A stretch of DNA of 55,235 nucleotides, filler included, from Platydemus manokwari (lineage: Eukaryota): assembly GCA_037951405.1 (NCBI GenBank). It is 4 parts of 4 records of this genome, joined end to end, with 100 filler letters (N's around TTAATTAATTAA, not from the genome) between each part and the next. Parts side by side here need not be neighbours in the genome. Positions count along the whole stretch, not along the records: positions 1 to 12,564 come from JBBMOY010081121.1; 3 more parts are not named here. One strand, written 5' to 3'. Shown here in pieces: positions 1 through 12,664 of the stretch. The first letter of the stretch is position 1; each line of letters opens with the position of its first letter. A program made the translations under genes and the position numbers. The notes under the pieces were generated by a model. The model was not told where the DNA came from, ran no database searches, and worked only from the letters and a program-made list of their open reading frames with translations.

Positions 1-91
1 TGTCTGATGAACATTTAAATGACTTATTAATGATTTCAACTACTCATTTTGAACCACAATTTTTGTAAACCTATCAAATTTTAAAAAATCA

Positions 92-127
92 ATGTGGTCC
101 TTTGCTGAAAAAGTTTGCAGACCCCTG
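92..127. mobile_element. Terminal fragment of a hAT-Charlie DNA transposon
   Basis: Ends ...AAGTTTGCAGACCCCTG (reverse complement CAGGGGTCTGCAAACTT, a Charlie-type TIR). It is followed by CTCTAGAA, which matches the NTCTAGAN target preference of Charlie elements. The other end is not seen in the window. Confidence 0.6.
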
Positions 128-609
128 CTCTAGAAACAAACATTTTGTGTAATTTAAGGTTATTTTATCTTTCTCATAGATTGAAAAATGCATCAACAAA
201 TCAGATGAATAGATTATATGTAAAATAAATCTTTTTATCAGATTGCTAGATCATTTTTGTCAGAATGTAAATTTGCATAGAATTTAATTTTATATTGAAT
301 TTGATTTGATATAAAATGGTATTCATTTGTTTATATAATTTTATTTGAATACAATTTGAGGTCGTGCCTTTTCAGTTTGTTTTCAATGTGTGGTTTTTAA
401 AATAGTAGCAGCTTTCATGGTGACCGCGCATCTGGATTCGATTGAAAGAAGATCAATGACTGAAAATTATGGGGAAAAAAGAGGAAAATGTTGATACTAT
501 ATAGAGAATATATCAATAAGATATAACGAAAATTAACAAAATGTAGAGAAGATATAAATAGAAGATATATAGAAGCATCGGAGAGTTTTGCTGACATAAA
601 TATGAAGAG

Positions 610-1606
610 TGTTAAATACAATATATACCTATAAAATAATAATAATAACAATAATAAAAATAATAATAATAAATAACCCGTAATGTGTTATTGCGCAGTA
701 AATATCTAACACCAATTATCGCGCATTGCAGATAGAATATACACCTAAAATAAATTAAATAGCTAGACATTAAATAAATATCATGCATTAAATTTAATAA
801 GCCATGCATTGAAGTAATCACAAAGAATTTCTCTCTGGCATGGTAGAATTAATGGCAGAGAATTTTTCACTACCTTAAAATATTCCAGTGCATTAAACAC
901 ATATGCACGACAATAAATAAAAATTCGCAGAAAATATCCGCGAATTAGTCATTGCTGCCTATATAAGTCAGTGACTGCAATTAATAAGGACGATAACACA
1001 ATAACAACAGTAGAAACAGCAACACATTGGCAGAATCGACGCATAGTTATTTATTTAAAAGAGCGATAATACATCCACCAGTATTACAACCAAGGAAAGA
1101 AGATTCAATTGCGCACACAGGATATGCCCAGATTCGTCTGGAAGATCAATTTTGATAATTGATAATCAATCTGTTTTCGAGGAGAAGACCAAGGACAGAG
1201 TAAGATAATTTCCATAAAATCATCAACAATCTACAACATCAACTGCATATTCTTCCTATTTATAGGTTTAAATCCAAGGCCCTTGTGTAAACGGTTCTAC
1301 TCCTCTTGGGAGCATTGTTAACCATAGCTTTGTCCGGAATTGTACAAATCTGTCCGTTTACGTGTATAGAAGTATTTGTAAAATCCAAATTTTATTAATT
1401 GTATATAAGTAGTGATTTATAAGCTTATTTTTATTGTTGTATAACTGTAGTAATTCATATTAATAAATTTTTTATCAAGGAGATTGTTTTTTTGATATTA
1501 AATCGGCAAGTGCCATTAGGTTCCACAAATCATTTTCTGTAAATATGATCATTATCAAAAATCATCTCACAACCTTTTTGGCAAGTTATAGTTAAAGTAT
1601 TTAACG
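610..1606 (+). mobile_element. LTR (~1 kb) of an LTR retrotransposon
   Basis: Termini TGTTAAATAC ... GTATTTAACG form a 9/10 inverted repeat. Contains TATATAA (~960) and AATAAA (~1462). A PBS-like CA|TGGTGACC at 416-425 suggests a further LTR-element remnant upstream. No TSD found. Confidence 0.5.
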
Positions 1607-1961
1607 GTCAATAGTAATATAAATCATTATAGCAATATCTAGAGCCACCCATCCCGTCTCCAGACGTGGATTGGTGTGATCGAGGCGAAGAAATGTCAAA
1701 ATATTGGGTTTAGTAATTACCTGCGGGTTAGACGGACTCAGAGAGCTTATTAGACTCAGCGATAACCAAAAACCTATTAGATTGTTAGACAATGTTAATA
1801 CCTTTTACAGTTTTCCGGATGGTTAAAGTGCAAGTATTATTTATAATAATTATTAAAGAAAACAATCATTGGATATATATGACCATTTATAAGAGTTGCA
1901 TATTCGGTTAACATAATGTTGTTTTTCTATGTTTATGATTTCCTTGTTTTTCTTTTATAAC

Positions 1962-2516
1962 TCTTGGGTTATCAATCAATAGTTTAGATCTGAAAATTGT
2001 ATTAACCAAGATATCACAATCAAAATCTCAATAACTACTATAAATCCTTTCACAATTCACAACAGTAAATAACTCAAGACGGTATCAGCGCCTGAAAGTC
2101 AAAAACAGAAAGGAAAGTAATCAAAAGACTAATTACTAAAAATCATACAAAGACAAGCTTAGCACTCAGGTTACCTACCAAAACTGACTGGCAGATATTT
2201 ATGAAACTCAATCTATGTTATAGACCTATCGGGTGTGTATGCTTGATGTCAATAATCTACATTTTCCATTTTCCGAATTTGTTCGTGGATCGATCTACTT
2301 GAAATTTTTCTTGAATCCCAATTATCATTGGCGGATACTTGAGCTTGCTGCTGTTTATAGGTATGTGCCTGTCGATTCTGAGCTTCTAAATATGGATTAG
2401 AACAAATCTGATTGGTTAATGCCACCGGTGTTTATCGGGTTTGTGTGTATTGACCCTTTTAGGGTTCTTTCTTTAGTTCTTGTGACCATTATGATTGATT
2501 TGTGAACCACCCAACA
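1962..2516. mobile_element. Solo LTR, family A, copy 1
   Basis: T(C)TTGGGT...ACCCAACA termini and a near-TSD TAAC/TAGC. Colinear with 43716-44265 through shared blocks such as CCTGAAAGTCAAAAACA, GAAAGTAATCAAAAGACT, CTACTTGAAATTTT and TTGAGCTTGCTGCT. Confidence 0.7.
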
Positions 2517-3698
2517 TAGCAGAATAGATAATAAAGAATTGCATTACTTCACAAATCGATAATAATAATTTCTACTGCTTCATAATTATTCTTGCTTTTA
2601 ACTCCACCGTAAGAAGTGAGATTTCTGAAGTGTTTTCTTTTCATTCAATATCGACAATATCAACCATAATTTCAGTTGATTGACTTTTCGCCGAGTAACT
2701 GTTTTTCTTTTTGTCTTGTTGTCTAATTGGTTCTTTACCAATTTCTTTTATAGCGCACTTTCATTATAGGTAATTTTTAGATTAAATTCTTATTTACCTT
2801 TTAATAAATTTTCTTTTCTTGTTTTAAATATTTTATTTTATTAATTTTATTAATTTATTATTATTTATTTATTCCTATATTTTATTGTGTACATTATTTA
2901 CCTGTAACTACTTCAATATTAAAGATGCGTATAATTATATATAATTATTAAATAACATAATTAATATGACAATCAAGTAAACCAATAATAATCAACAATT
3001 AACATAACAAATTTAACCACGAGAGGAAAAATTAATTTGGAAACATATAAAGATAACAGAGGAATACTGAATGAAAAATTTGAACCTAGAAATAAACAAA
3101 CGAGTTATCTCAAAATGTTTCATTCATATTGTCTCTTATTTATTTATACTATTTGTGTAATTGGGTATATCTTGGTGCTCCTCTATTATTTTTCAGTATA
3201 AATAATCATCACTCAATACTAAAGAGTTACAATAGAAGATAAAATCCAATGATTTGCATAAAATATTGCTTATTAACGTTAATAACGTTATTGCCACATA
3301 TCAATTCAATTGCATCCAAATTGTTATTTCCTTCCTCTGACTGAATCATTCATTTTAATACTTATATTTTACCAATGAACAATGACTGATATTATACACT
3401 GTATTGGAGTTTTTTATTATTTGATCTGAACAGGGTAGTCCTTCAAACAGTATTATTAACCACCGAAAAGTAATATCTTGGTAATGACTAATAAACTGCT
3501 GAAGATGATTGGAAAAAAAATTACAAATTAATATTGTAATTTAAACAGAATTATTGAAAACTTTTAATTATTTAATGTTAATATTATAAATTAATAATTA
3601 ACTTTAATAATTATAAATTCATGGCACTAACCAAAAGAATATTTTTATAAGTATGCTTGAAAATGGGTTGTATAATGTTGGGAAACATTAATGTAAAT

Positions 3699-4305
3699 TA
3701 GTGTTCTTCAAAAGGGAGGCGCGACCCACCAGTGGGTCACTTATTCTTTAATTTTGTTGATATTATTAAAAGACAAAACAATAATTTTTTTCTTAATGTA
3801 AAACTCAACAAGAGTATGTTTTAATTATTAAAAAAAAGTGAATCATTTATCACTTAAAGCTCAAGAAGACTTTTCAGAACTCTCCAGTTATTTGTGCTTG
3901 AAAGTAATTTTTTCATAAAAAACATAAACTCCTTTTGGGCTAGTGTAAAAAAAGAATATAATTTATTATCGGAACTAGCTAGACTTTCTCCTCTTCATTT
4001 GCCTCTACTTATTTGTGTGAAAAATCATTTTCGACACTGACTTATATTAGGACAAAATATCGACCGAAAATTAAAGATCTGGAATTAGTACTGAGACCAT
4101 CTATCACCGAAATAGAGCCAAGATGTGATGTTTTATACCAGAATACACAAAATCGTTGTTATTATTAAATATTTTTTAATTTTTTGGTGTCAAAAAAAAA
4201 TTTTATTATAAAATTTAATTTATGATTTTTATTTTAGTCCCTATGAGTCACGAAAAAATTTGGACTCTTAAAGTGGGTCGCAACACAAAAGTGTGAAGAC
4301 CACTG
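3699..4305 (+). mobile_element. Non-autonomous, internally deleted hAT-Charlie transposon
   Basis: TIRs TAGTGTTCTTCA...TGAAGACCACTG and a perfect 8-bp TSD ATGTAAAT (3691-3698 and 4306-4313). An internal remnant encodes the hAT C-terminal dimerisation motif FASTYLCEKSFSTLTYIRTKYR (~3998-4065). Confidence 0.9.
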
Positions 4306-4463
4306 ATGTAAATGAATGATAATAATTAATTAAGTGAAATTAATTTTTGAAACCCATAAATTTCAAAGTTAAAATTATCGATTTACTTCATTGATTAAAA
4401 ATTTATTACATTCTTCAAACCAAGATTAGTTAAAAATTATTCAAAACTAATTATTCAATAAAA

Positions 4464-7400
4464 ATGCTGGATACTGTGTATAGAAAAGAAAAAAATGTTT
4501 TCTACAATTACAATGCATATCGAATGAGGTTGGTTAATAGCATTTATCAAGTTCGACTTGAAGCAAAAAATACAGTTCCGTGTATGATAGAGCCTGGTGA
4601 AGGAGAATTTGTCCCTTCTTACAAATTGAATGTAATACAGAAACAACTTGACAATGCTATCGATAATTTACCTGCAGCAAAAATTCCTAGCCATTTCATG
4701 GAAACTCTTGTGGGGTTTATCAGTTTTTTTGATAAGAAAAGAGGAATTTATTATAGGCAATATCAATTGAAATCAGATTACCGGCTTGTTTTAAACTTAA
4801 TTGAAAAATTAGAGTTTGAGCATTATCCACCAGAAACCTATCGTTATTTTTTTCAAAATTGGCCTGATTTGTGTATTATAGTATGTGAATGTTTATATTT
4901 ATTGTTACATTAAGTATTTTCGTTAAATGTTATATTTTATAGTAAATTATATTATATAATATTAAAAACATATCGAACATTTAATTAAAATTATCGTCAT
5001 TTATCTTATTAATAATAAAAGTAAAATTAATTTACATATTAAATCAAATATAAGCAAGAAGTATATTCATAAAAAGAAATTTCTTTACTTCTTAAATAAA
5101 TTACTAGTAAAATAGTCCATTAGAAAACTATTTTTGTTAAAAATTTTATCATATAGTTGATTAAATTCCATTCCAGATCAATATTAGATAGGTCAAACAA
5201 CTTAAATAATACTTTACATGAAATATAACATCAAACCATAATTTTTTATCTTCCCAGTCAATACCATTATTTTGTTCATTCGTAATTTTTCGTGTTTATA
5301 ATTTCCAAAAGTAATTAAAACTATTTAATTAATAATTTAATCAAGTACTTAGCTATAGAATTCTTAATTTAGGCTTTAACGGATTGTCAAGAACCAGTGG
5401 GTGTAATAATTGGACAAAGAAATGGTTTTACGCATGGCTATATTGCCTATACATATGTCAAGGAACCATATAGACGAAAGTTAATTGGTAAATATATTGA
5501 TTCGATAAAACAATTATTATATAGTTTGGAAACGTATTTGTTTTTTAAATTGTGATTTTTTTGTGTTTAAAGATTTTTTGAAAAATTTATAAAATATAAG
5601 AATACGATAAATAAAATAATACTAGATATTACTCTATTTTAATTAAGCTCTTAGAATTGATTAATGCTTGTGATTTCGAAAAGGTCTGGTTATACGTGTT
5701 AATTTTTTATAAATTGTAATTCTTGATATTTTGAAATTATAAAACTAATTAATAAAACCATCTTAAATTTTGTACAAATTTTTGAAGAACTTTTGGACTC
5801 TAAATTTGAAAGACAATCAATTAAAATCTCAGATTAAGACTCAGTTTCAATGAACCGAGTCATCAAATCAAAGGTAAATAAATGTTTGGGGAAAATATTT
5901 GCAATCAAGAAAAGTTAAAATCAAATTACATACAAAATTCAGAATAAAAAAAGAAATTTCACCAATAAACTAACTGTAAAAAATAGTTGCTAAAATAGTT
6001 TCATCTTAAGCCCCTGTGATAGCCTGAAAAGGGAGTTTGAACAATGGACTTTACTGAATAACGATTTTAGATTAACCACATTTAAGCTGGATTTTTATAA
6101 TTGCTTCAGATTAGTGATAATTTGATGTAAATGAAATCTTATTAACTAAGTCAACGAGATTAGTAATAAAATTCTCATAGAATAAGAACCACTTCTTCTA
6201 ATGAGTTAAAAGAAGAGTTAGTATGTAATTCGAAAGAATTTGTCAGGTCTTCAAAAATTTGTTGCATACTTAGGCTTCAGTTGCCTCTTAGGTTTCGCTG
6301 TCAGGCCTAAATGACTAATATGTCATAGTATAATTTTTAACTATGTAGTTGGTATGTCAGATTGGTAAAACGTTGTGTCTACAGCATAAAATTAAACACA
6401 AAGAATTCAAATTAGGTAAACAGAAGGATAAATATTTGGAAAAAATTCAAGAGAAATGAGACTTTGTTCTAATGATAATGGAAAATCAGCAGAAAGATAA
6501 CGAGATAAAATTATTCCTAAATGTTTTTTAAAGTAAATTACTGGAAATTCCAGAATCTGTGGAAAATAATGTTGTTTGGAGAAAAATGACTTACCTGTAT
6601 TAATGCTAGTGTTGTACCAACAATTTATATGATATAATCAGCCAAACACATACACGAGAAGAAGCCTATGCGATACTCTTTATTAGGTAGACATGTTCAC
6701 AACTGTACTAAAAACAATAAGGCAGGCAGGCGAAAATCGAACAAAATAAATCTTGATAACTCGAAAGTTTTGGTATTTTTTTGAATAAATATTCATAGAT
6801 TTTATTCATATGTTAAAGGTTTCAGTTAAGTAATTGGTAGTTTGAAATTATCATTCTTAAATTAATAAAGCTGGTAATGGTAAACGAAAGTTTCACAACA
6901 AGACCAAAAAATAATTTTCAGTATGATTCTGAAGTCTTGGATTAAAATTTTAAAATGAAATTGGCTATTTGGATTTATTAGAGAAACAATTTGAAAGTCA
7001 ATACATAAAACAATGCGTATTCAAAGTTTGGAATTGAATGCAAGCTTAATTCTTCTTATTAACATCAGTCAACTGAAAGATATAATAATATCTCTAAAAG
7101 GCGGGTGTCTGTTGAGAAACTGGAGTAATCTTCTGCCTCAAATCGAATTCTGTATCAATGCAACTCAGTAGAACACTATTTAATTTTCTACATTAGAATA
7201 AATTTATGAAGGCTAAATAAATTTATGCTCAGAAGGTGAATGGAAAATACTAGCTAGAGACATAATTGACGAATGCACAAGAAAAACTCATGTGACGTAT
7301 ACCTAGTCGACAGTGATCATCAGAAGCAGAAGGGGTAAGTCCACTCTTTTTAAGAGAAATATATTGGTAAGGAAGAATACTCATAAAAGTTTGAAAATTG

Positions 7401-8610
7401 ATTTTCAATATGAAGAACCATTTTTGATCTAGAGTTTTAAGTTGACTTGTGAATTAAATATGAAATTCAACAAAAACCAAGATGTATTGAATTGTTGAAG
7501 AGATGAAGAGGACTTTAACGAGAAGTTAATTATATAACAAACACATTTGTTTAAATAATCAGGAATTATGGATAACGATATTTTTTAAAATGTAACTATT
7601 TATTTGAATAACTATTCTAATTAAAATGTTAAATTTAAACAAAATGAGTACAGATAATCTTTAACAGAAATAATTATCTCGAATTTAACAATAATAAAAT
7701 GGTACTATGATATAGTTACATTTTAAAGTATGGTTGCAATGAACTTTGAATTTCATCATAGTCACAGTGAGAAACTAAACTGCTTATTTTCAATACATCA
7801 ATATTTGAAAATATCGATATTGATATAACCTAGACCGAAATATTAATACATTGAAATTAAATTCTTTAGACTTGAGCAATACTTTCAATATCGTACAATT
7901 AAATTAAATTAAATTAAATTAAATTTTGCTAAAAGGACATAATTTTCCCTAATTTGTACTTTTAGATTAAATTTCTGTTATAATTTAATTATCTCTGATA
8001 TTGTTTATACAAAAAATTATATAATATTTGATAGTTTATTTCCCCACGTTACGTTTGAAAAGATTATCAAAGCATTAATTTAATAATAATAGTAATATTA
8101 TCATTTAATTGTTAATTTTACTAATGATATTTTTGATAATTATGATATATTATGTTTAAAATTGAGAATATGATAAACAAATACTTATGCAATTTTTTTG
8201 ATAGGATCATATCTATTGAAAGTGTTGATTAACCGAATGCACAAAATAGGAATAAGAGAAGTTTCTAAATAATTTTCGTATATTTTTCTAATACGTTAAT
8301 AATTAAATAGGTGATAACTGAAGTGGACACAGAAAACAGAACAGGTCTTTTGATGTTCTACTTGAAAATGGGATTCATTAAAGATAGGCATTTGAGCTTC
8401 TATTATCGAAACGGTTGGAGTGCATGGCGAATGAAGATGTGGATCTACAAATATGATTTAGACGTCGATAAGTACGAAAGAGAAGTTAACAACAAAATCC
8501 AGTATTTAAAACAACACAAACCTACACCAGTAGAAAAAGCTGCTGGAGATAAAAAGTCTAATGAAAAATCTCCTAAATCAAAATCACCGAAAAAATCACC
8601 TAAAAAATAG
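4464..8610 (+). CDS. Divergent NAA30/Mak3-like GNAT N-terminal acetyltransferase, 4 exons (4464-4880, 5373-5487, 8205-8260, 8311-8610), 295 aa
   Basis: GT-AG introns join in frame (888 nt). Motifs TYRYFFQNWPDLC, GYIA, YRRKLIG and GFIKDRHLSFYYRNG..A.RMKMW align with NAA30 TYRYFIHNWPQLC, GYIA, YRRNGIG and [30 protein letters not shown] at 8661. Confidence 0.85.
6900..7500 (+). mobile_element. Degenerate Gypsy integrase remnant in intron 2 of the NAA30-like gene
   Basis: From 7118 it translates NWSNLLPQIEFCINATQ*NTI*FSTLE*IYEG, matching the integrase W..LP.IEF..N.T..T...SPFE..YG segment. Many stops; boundaries approximate. Confidence 0.6.
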
Positions 8611-9755
8611 TTGAAAAATACAACTATTATAATCGAATATTATTATTTGAAACATTTAACAATAAACGGATTAATTTTCTTAGTGTTTTATTTTCATTTT
8701 TTTAATTTATTAAAGTGAAATTTAAATTGGAAAATAAATAATTATAAACCTTGATATCAAAAGTGAAATTAAAAAACCACTTTATCTAATAAAGTTGTTA
8801 TATTTGTAGCATTAAAAGTGCCACAAAAAGAGATTGTCCATAAATTGGTCGGTACATGAATAGAAATTCGCATAATGATTCTATTCAGATGGAAATGTTA
8901 CGTATAAAGATTGTTAGAAAATCCAAGTTTTAATGATGAATTTTGAAAAACGTGAAAAATTAAATGAATTTTTGTTTAGTAAGTGGGTTGTAAAAATCGT
9001 GTTTAAGAATGAGAACCTGACCATACAAAGTTAAATCAATAAAAACTCTTGCAAGCATTTTAAAATTAAACTCTGAATTCGCATTTTAACTCAACTTAAT
9101 CTTTGACCCTTTAAAAATGTCTTTTATTTCTGCTGTACATTATCCAGAATTTATTTTATTGAGCAAATAAAAATTAAAGTTATTTTTAATTTAAATGTTA
9201 TAAGTCTCAACTTTCACTTTTTCAAATGTAAATATCACGATCCGATGACAATTTCTATATTGGTAAATTTATGATATCTACTTGTCACAATATTCTCATT
9301 TCTATGTTTACATAATCAAATACATGCCAATTATTTGCAAGAAATTATAGCAACAATTATAACAGAAAAAGTTTAGTACAGAAATTCAGAAGAAATAAAT
9401 TTTGGTTATTATTTTGATCATTTCTAAGACAACAAAAAGCCATGTGAAAACATTGACTCCCATCGCAAAAGTTGACTTTTCTTCATATCTTGAATAAGTA
9501 AGATGAACTTCTATTTAATGCTCGCAATCCTGAGAAAGAAGAATGTTTAACAACAATAATAATTGAAACATTTCTTGAATGTTTTGAAATATCAAAGAAT
9601 CTTGATATAATCCATCTGCAAGTTATCACCAATTTGAATATTTTAAGGATAAATCAAACCGATATATGCAATATTTCAACCGAAAGTCTAAGCAAACATT
9701 TTAAAATATATTTAAGCAAAATTACAACAGTAAATCTATATTAAAAAACAACAAA

Positions 9756-10530
9756 TCAATTCTTTTTTCTAACTGGAGGAGCATATTGAACGTTTACTGC
9801 GGTTGCACGTTTGCGAATCTTCACCAAATCAGCAATGCTTGAATCTCTGTCCAAAGTAGCAAAATTAAAAGCTGGTGGACTCTTATTGCCCTTTCTGATA
9901 GGAGATGCTTTCAGGTTCTCACTGATTGCACTAGCATTAGTCTCATTCAACACGTCCTTTTTATCATCGGATAATTTAGGAACTTCACCTATTTCACTGG
10001 TTTTAGATTCGTTTAATGAATCATTCTGCATGGGATTTGACGTTTCCAACATGCTCTTTCGAATGACTCTTTTACCACCAAGACCAAGTCTTTTAGGAGT
10101 CGAAGCTGTTATAGTTGGACTACATCTTAAAGAGACAGCACGATTTGTACATGCTTTACCGCCTGACGTATTCTTGGTGAATTTTTCTCTCTTTGTCAAT
10201 GGCGTTGATTTTACAATGTTTTCATAATACAAACTCGGTATCGAATTATTCAGCATTTTCATATTGGGTAGACATTTTTTAACATGTGCTTGTATTTCGT
10301 TTTTTACAGAATGAAAATTCTGAATAAGTTGTCAATGGAAATAATAATTAAAAACACTGTAACCCATTTCCTGCTAACATAAAGTACGTTACTATGGACA
10401 CCGTAATGACATTCAAAAATTAAAATTCTAGTATCAGAAATGATTCTCGAATGAGGAGATTTTCGATACTGGAGATTCAGAAATTTCACATGGTTACTTA
10501 ATTCGATGATATTGGATAAATAATTCCCCT
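9756..10530 (-). CDS. Spliced gene of unknown function (last two exons about 10530-10365 and 10320-9756; further exons likely up to ~10920)
   Basis: The open exon GNYLSNIIEL...YVSRKW joins through a 44-nt GT-AG intron to a long terminal exon containing the 168-aa ORF. The basic, S/T-rich tail has S/T-P sites (TPKR, SPIRK). The 5' exon structure is unresolved. Confidence 0.55.
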
Positions 10531-12564
10531 ATAAATAAAATAAACAAATGACAAACACCACAAGAATTTAACAATATTAATGCCGAACGATAATCAGGAA
10601 CTTCAATTAAAGCAACTGACGTAGACCAGGAGAAAATGTTAATGACAAAGACGTTATTATAGAATATTTTACAAATAATAATCCAACCAAACTGTTTATT
10701 TAACATAAGGATATAAAAATACTTTAAAAAATTTTTAAATAATATAAAAAATTAAAAATAAATATTTGATAAATTAAAAAAAAAGTTTTATAATAATTAA
10801 CCAAATTTCTCAACCAAACGATCATGTAAATTTTCGAATTTCCAACAATTAAACTGTTCTTTCATTAAATTTTTGGTTCTGATTATAGGAAGAAAAATTA
10901 TGCAATATTCTTGGAAAATATTCTATAAATAGATCTTGAAATGCTGTTTTAATAGAGAAACCGAATCTACGAAAATCATTTTAAACCACTATAACTATTT
11001 GAAGTAATTTTCAAACAGTCTGAAGTCGCTACTTATATTAGAAGTGAAATCCATTTTCTAATATTGGAAAACAGTCACCTGATAAACAATGTTCACCAGG
11101 GATCAGCTCCAAATCAGTGTCTTATTCGCTGGTACAAATATTGACCATGTGTCACCAATATCATAATAAAATAATTAACAATAAACATATGGTAAATTTC
11201 TAAGGTTGAAAGAGAAACTTATCAGGGATTTGAGAATCGAAAACATCAATAAAGAAATTGCTAAAATTCATAATAATATGATTTGACCAGAAAAATTGAT
11301 TTCACACTTCCAATTGTAAAACTAATATTAGAAAGATAATTGAATCAAAATATACACCATATCTATATTACGATAAACGAAAAGATTGTTTGTAGAGCCC
11401 TTATTTATTTTAATATGAAGATATTTAATGGTTTGTGCTTTAATAAATTATAAAATATTGGTGACTTAACATCGTATCATAATGTTTTTGTGTAATTTAC
11501 TAATTCCAATAAAATAATAAAGATTGTTTTAAAAAAATAATACGTTTTTAATGGCTATAAATGGACTTAAATCATTTTCAAAATTATTAAATTCATAAAA
11601 AGGCATAATCACATTCACACAATAAATTTGCCTTGAAATAAAAACAAACGTGAAAAAATGAATTATAAATGAATAGTCGTTAGAATTATCAATTTTCATC
11701 TCAAATCGTGATATTTCTTACCTGCTTGTCTCTACCAATACATAATTTTAAAAATATTGATTAAATAAAATTATTATTATCTAAAAATCATTATCTGAGT
11801 CAATCAAACAATACTATATTAATAATTTAATTTTTTGTAATTATATCTATTTGAAATTCTCAAAATGAACTTCAGCACATTAAAAATAAAATTTACATTA
11901 CTCTATTAATTTATCGATTTCTTCTTACAAAATCTTTGTTTTTAAATATATTAGTTACAATATTCTTCAAGATGTAAAAATATATTAGACATGTAAATAT
12001 TAAAATAACTAGGTTGCTTTTATTGAAGAATAAATATAGACCAATTTCATAATAAATAGCTCCTAGGGCAGAAAATTGAAATAATTTTTAAATAAGCTAA
12101 CGATTGGTTGGTAAAATAATTTTAAGAATCAAGCAAACTCAAGTATGTTCTACATAAAATCAGAAAGTCCACATAATTTCAAGAAATAAACACCCATTAG
12201 TAAGCTATATTTCGGTGACGTTTCTGTGAAAAATTTAATCACTTATTTGAGAGTTAGTAAACAGTTATTTCCAATTCTATGAAGTCAAATAAAAATCTTG
12301 AAGATTAACAATGGAATTTTGATATCTGATAGCACCAAAAAAATTGAAAAACTTTCACTGAATGTAGAACAACTGCAACAGACGATAAGTCTTTTTACCA
12401 ACCACTTTATTTTAAGATCAATTTCAGTTCTTCAACATTAAAACTTATGAATATGCATGAAGTGATGATATGATGCTGATTTGAAACCCAAATCCATTAT
12501 CAAAACAGGTGCTTACAACTCAGTGATAATTTAACAATGAAATTCTGATATACATATATATATA

Positions 12565-12664
12565 NNNNNNNNNNNNNNNNNNNNNNNNNNNNNNNNNNNN
12601 NNNNNNNNTTAATTAATTAANNNNNNNNNNNNNNNNNNNNNNNNNNNNNNNNNNNNNNNNNNNN
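12565..12664. other. Assembly spacer N44-TTAATTAATTAA-N44
   Basis: Identical 100-nt spacer with a six-frame stop linker; it occurs three times in the window. Confidence 0.97.

Noticed and set aside
1722-1740. GTTAGACGG resembling the start of the planarian spliced leader
   Set aside because: Only a 9-nt match; the rest of the leader, the donor site and the Sm site are absent.
9811-10227. 138-aa plus-strand ORF (also 31089-31430, 50552-50776, 15868-16080)
   Set aside because: Antisense shadows of real coding regions, with no independent motifs.
12609-12620. TTAATTAATTAA repeated three times inside N runs
   Set aside because: Artificial six-frame-stop contig linker, not biological. Gene neighbourhood across the spacers is therefore not trusted.
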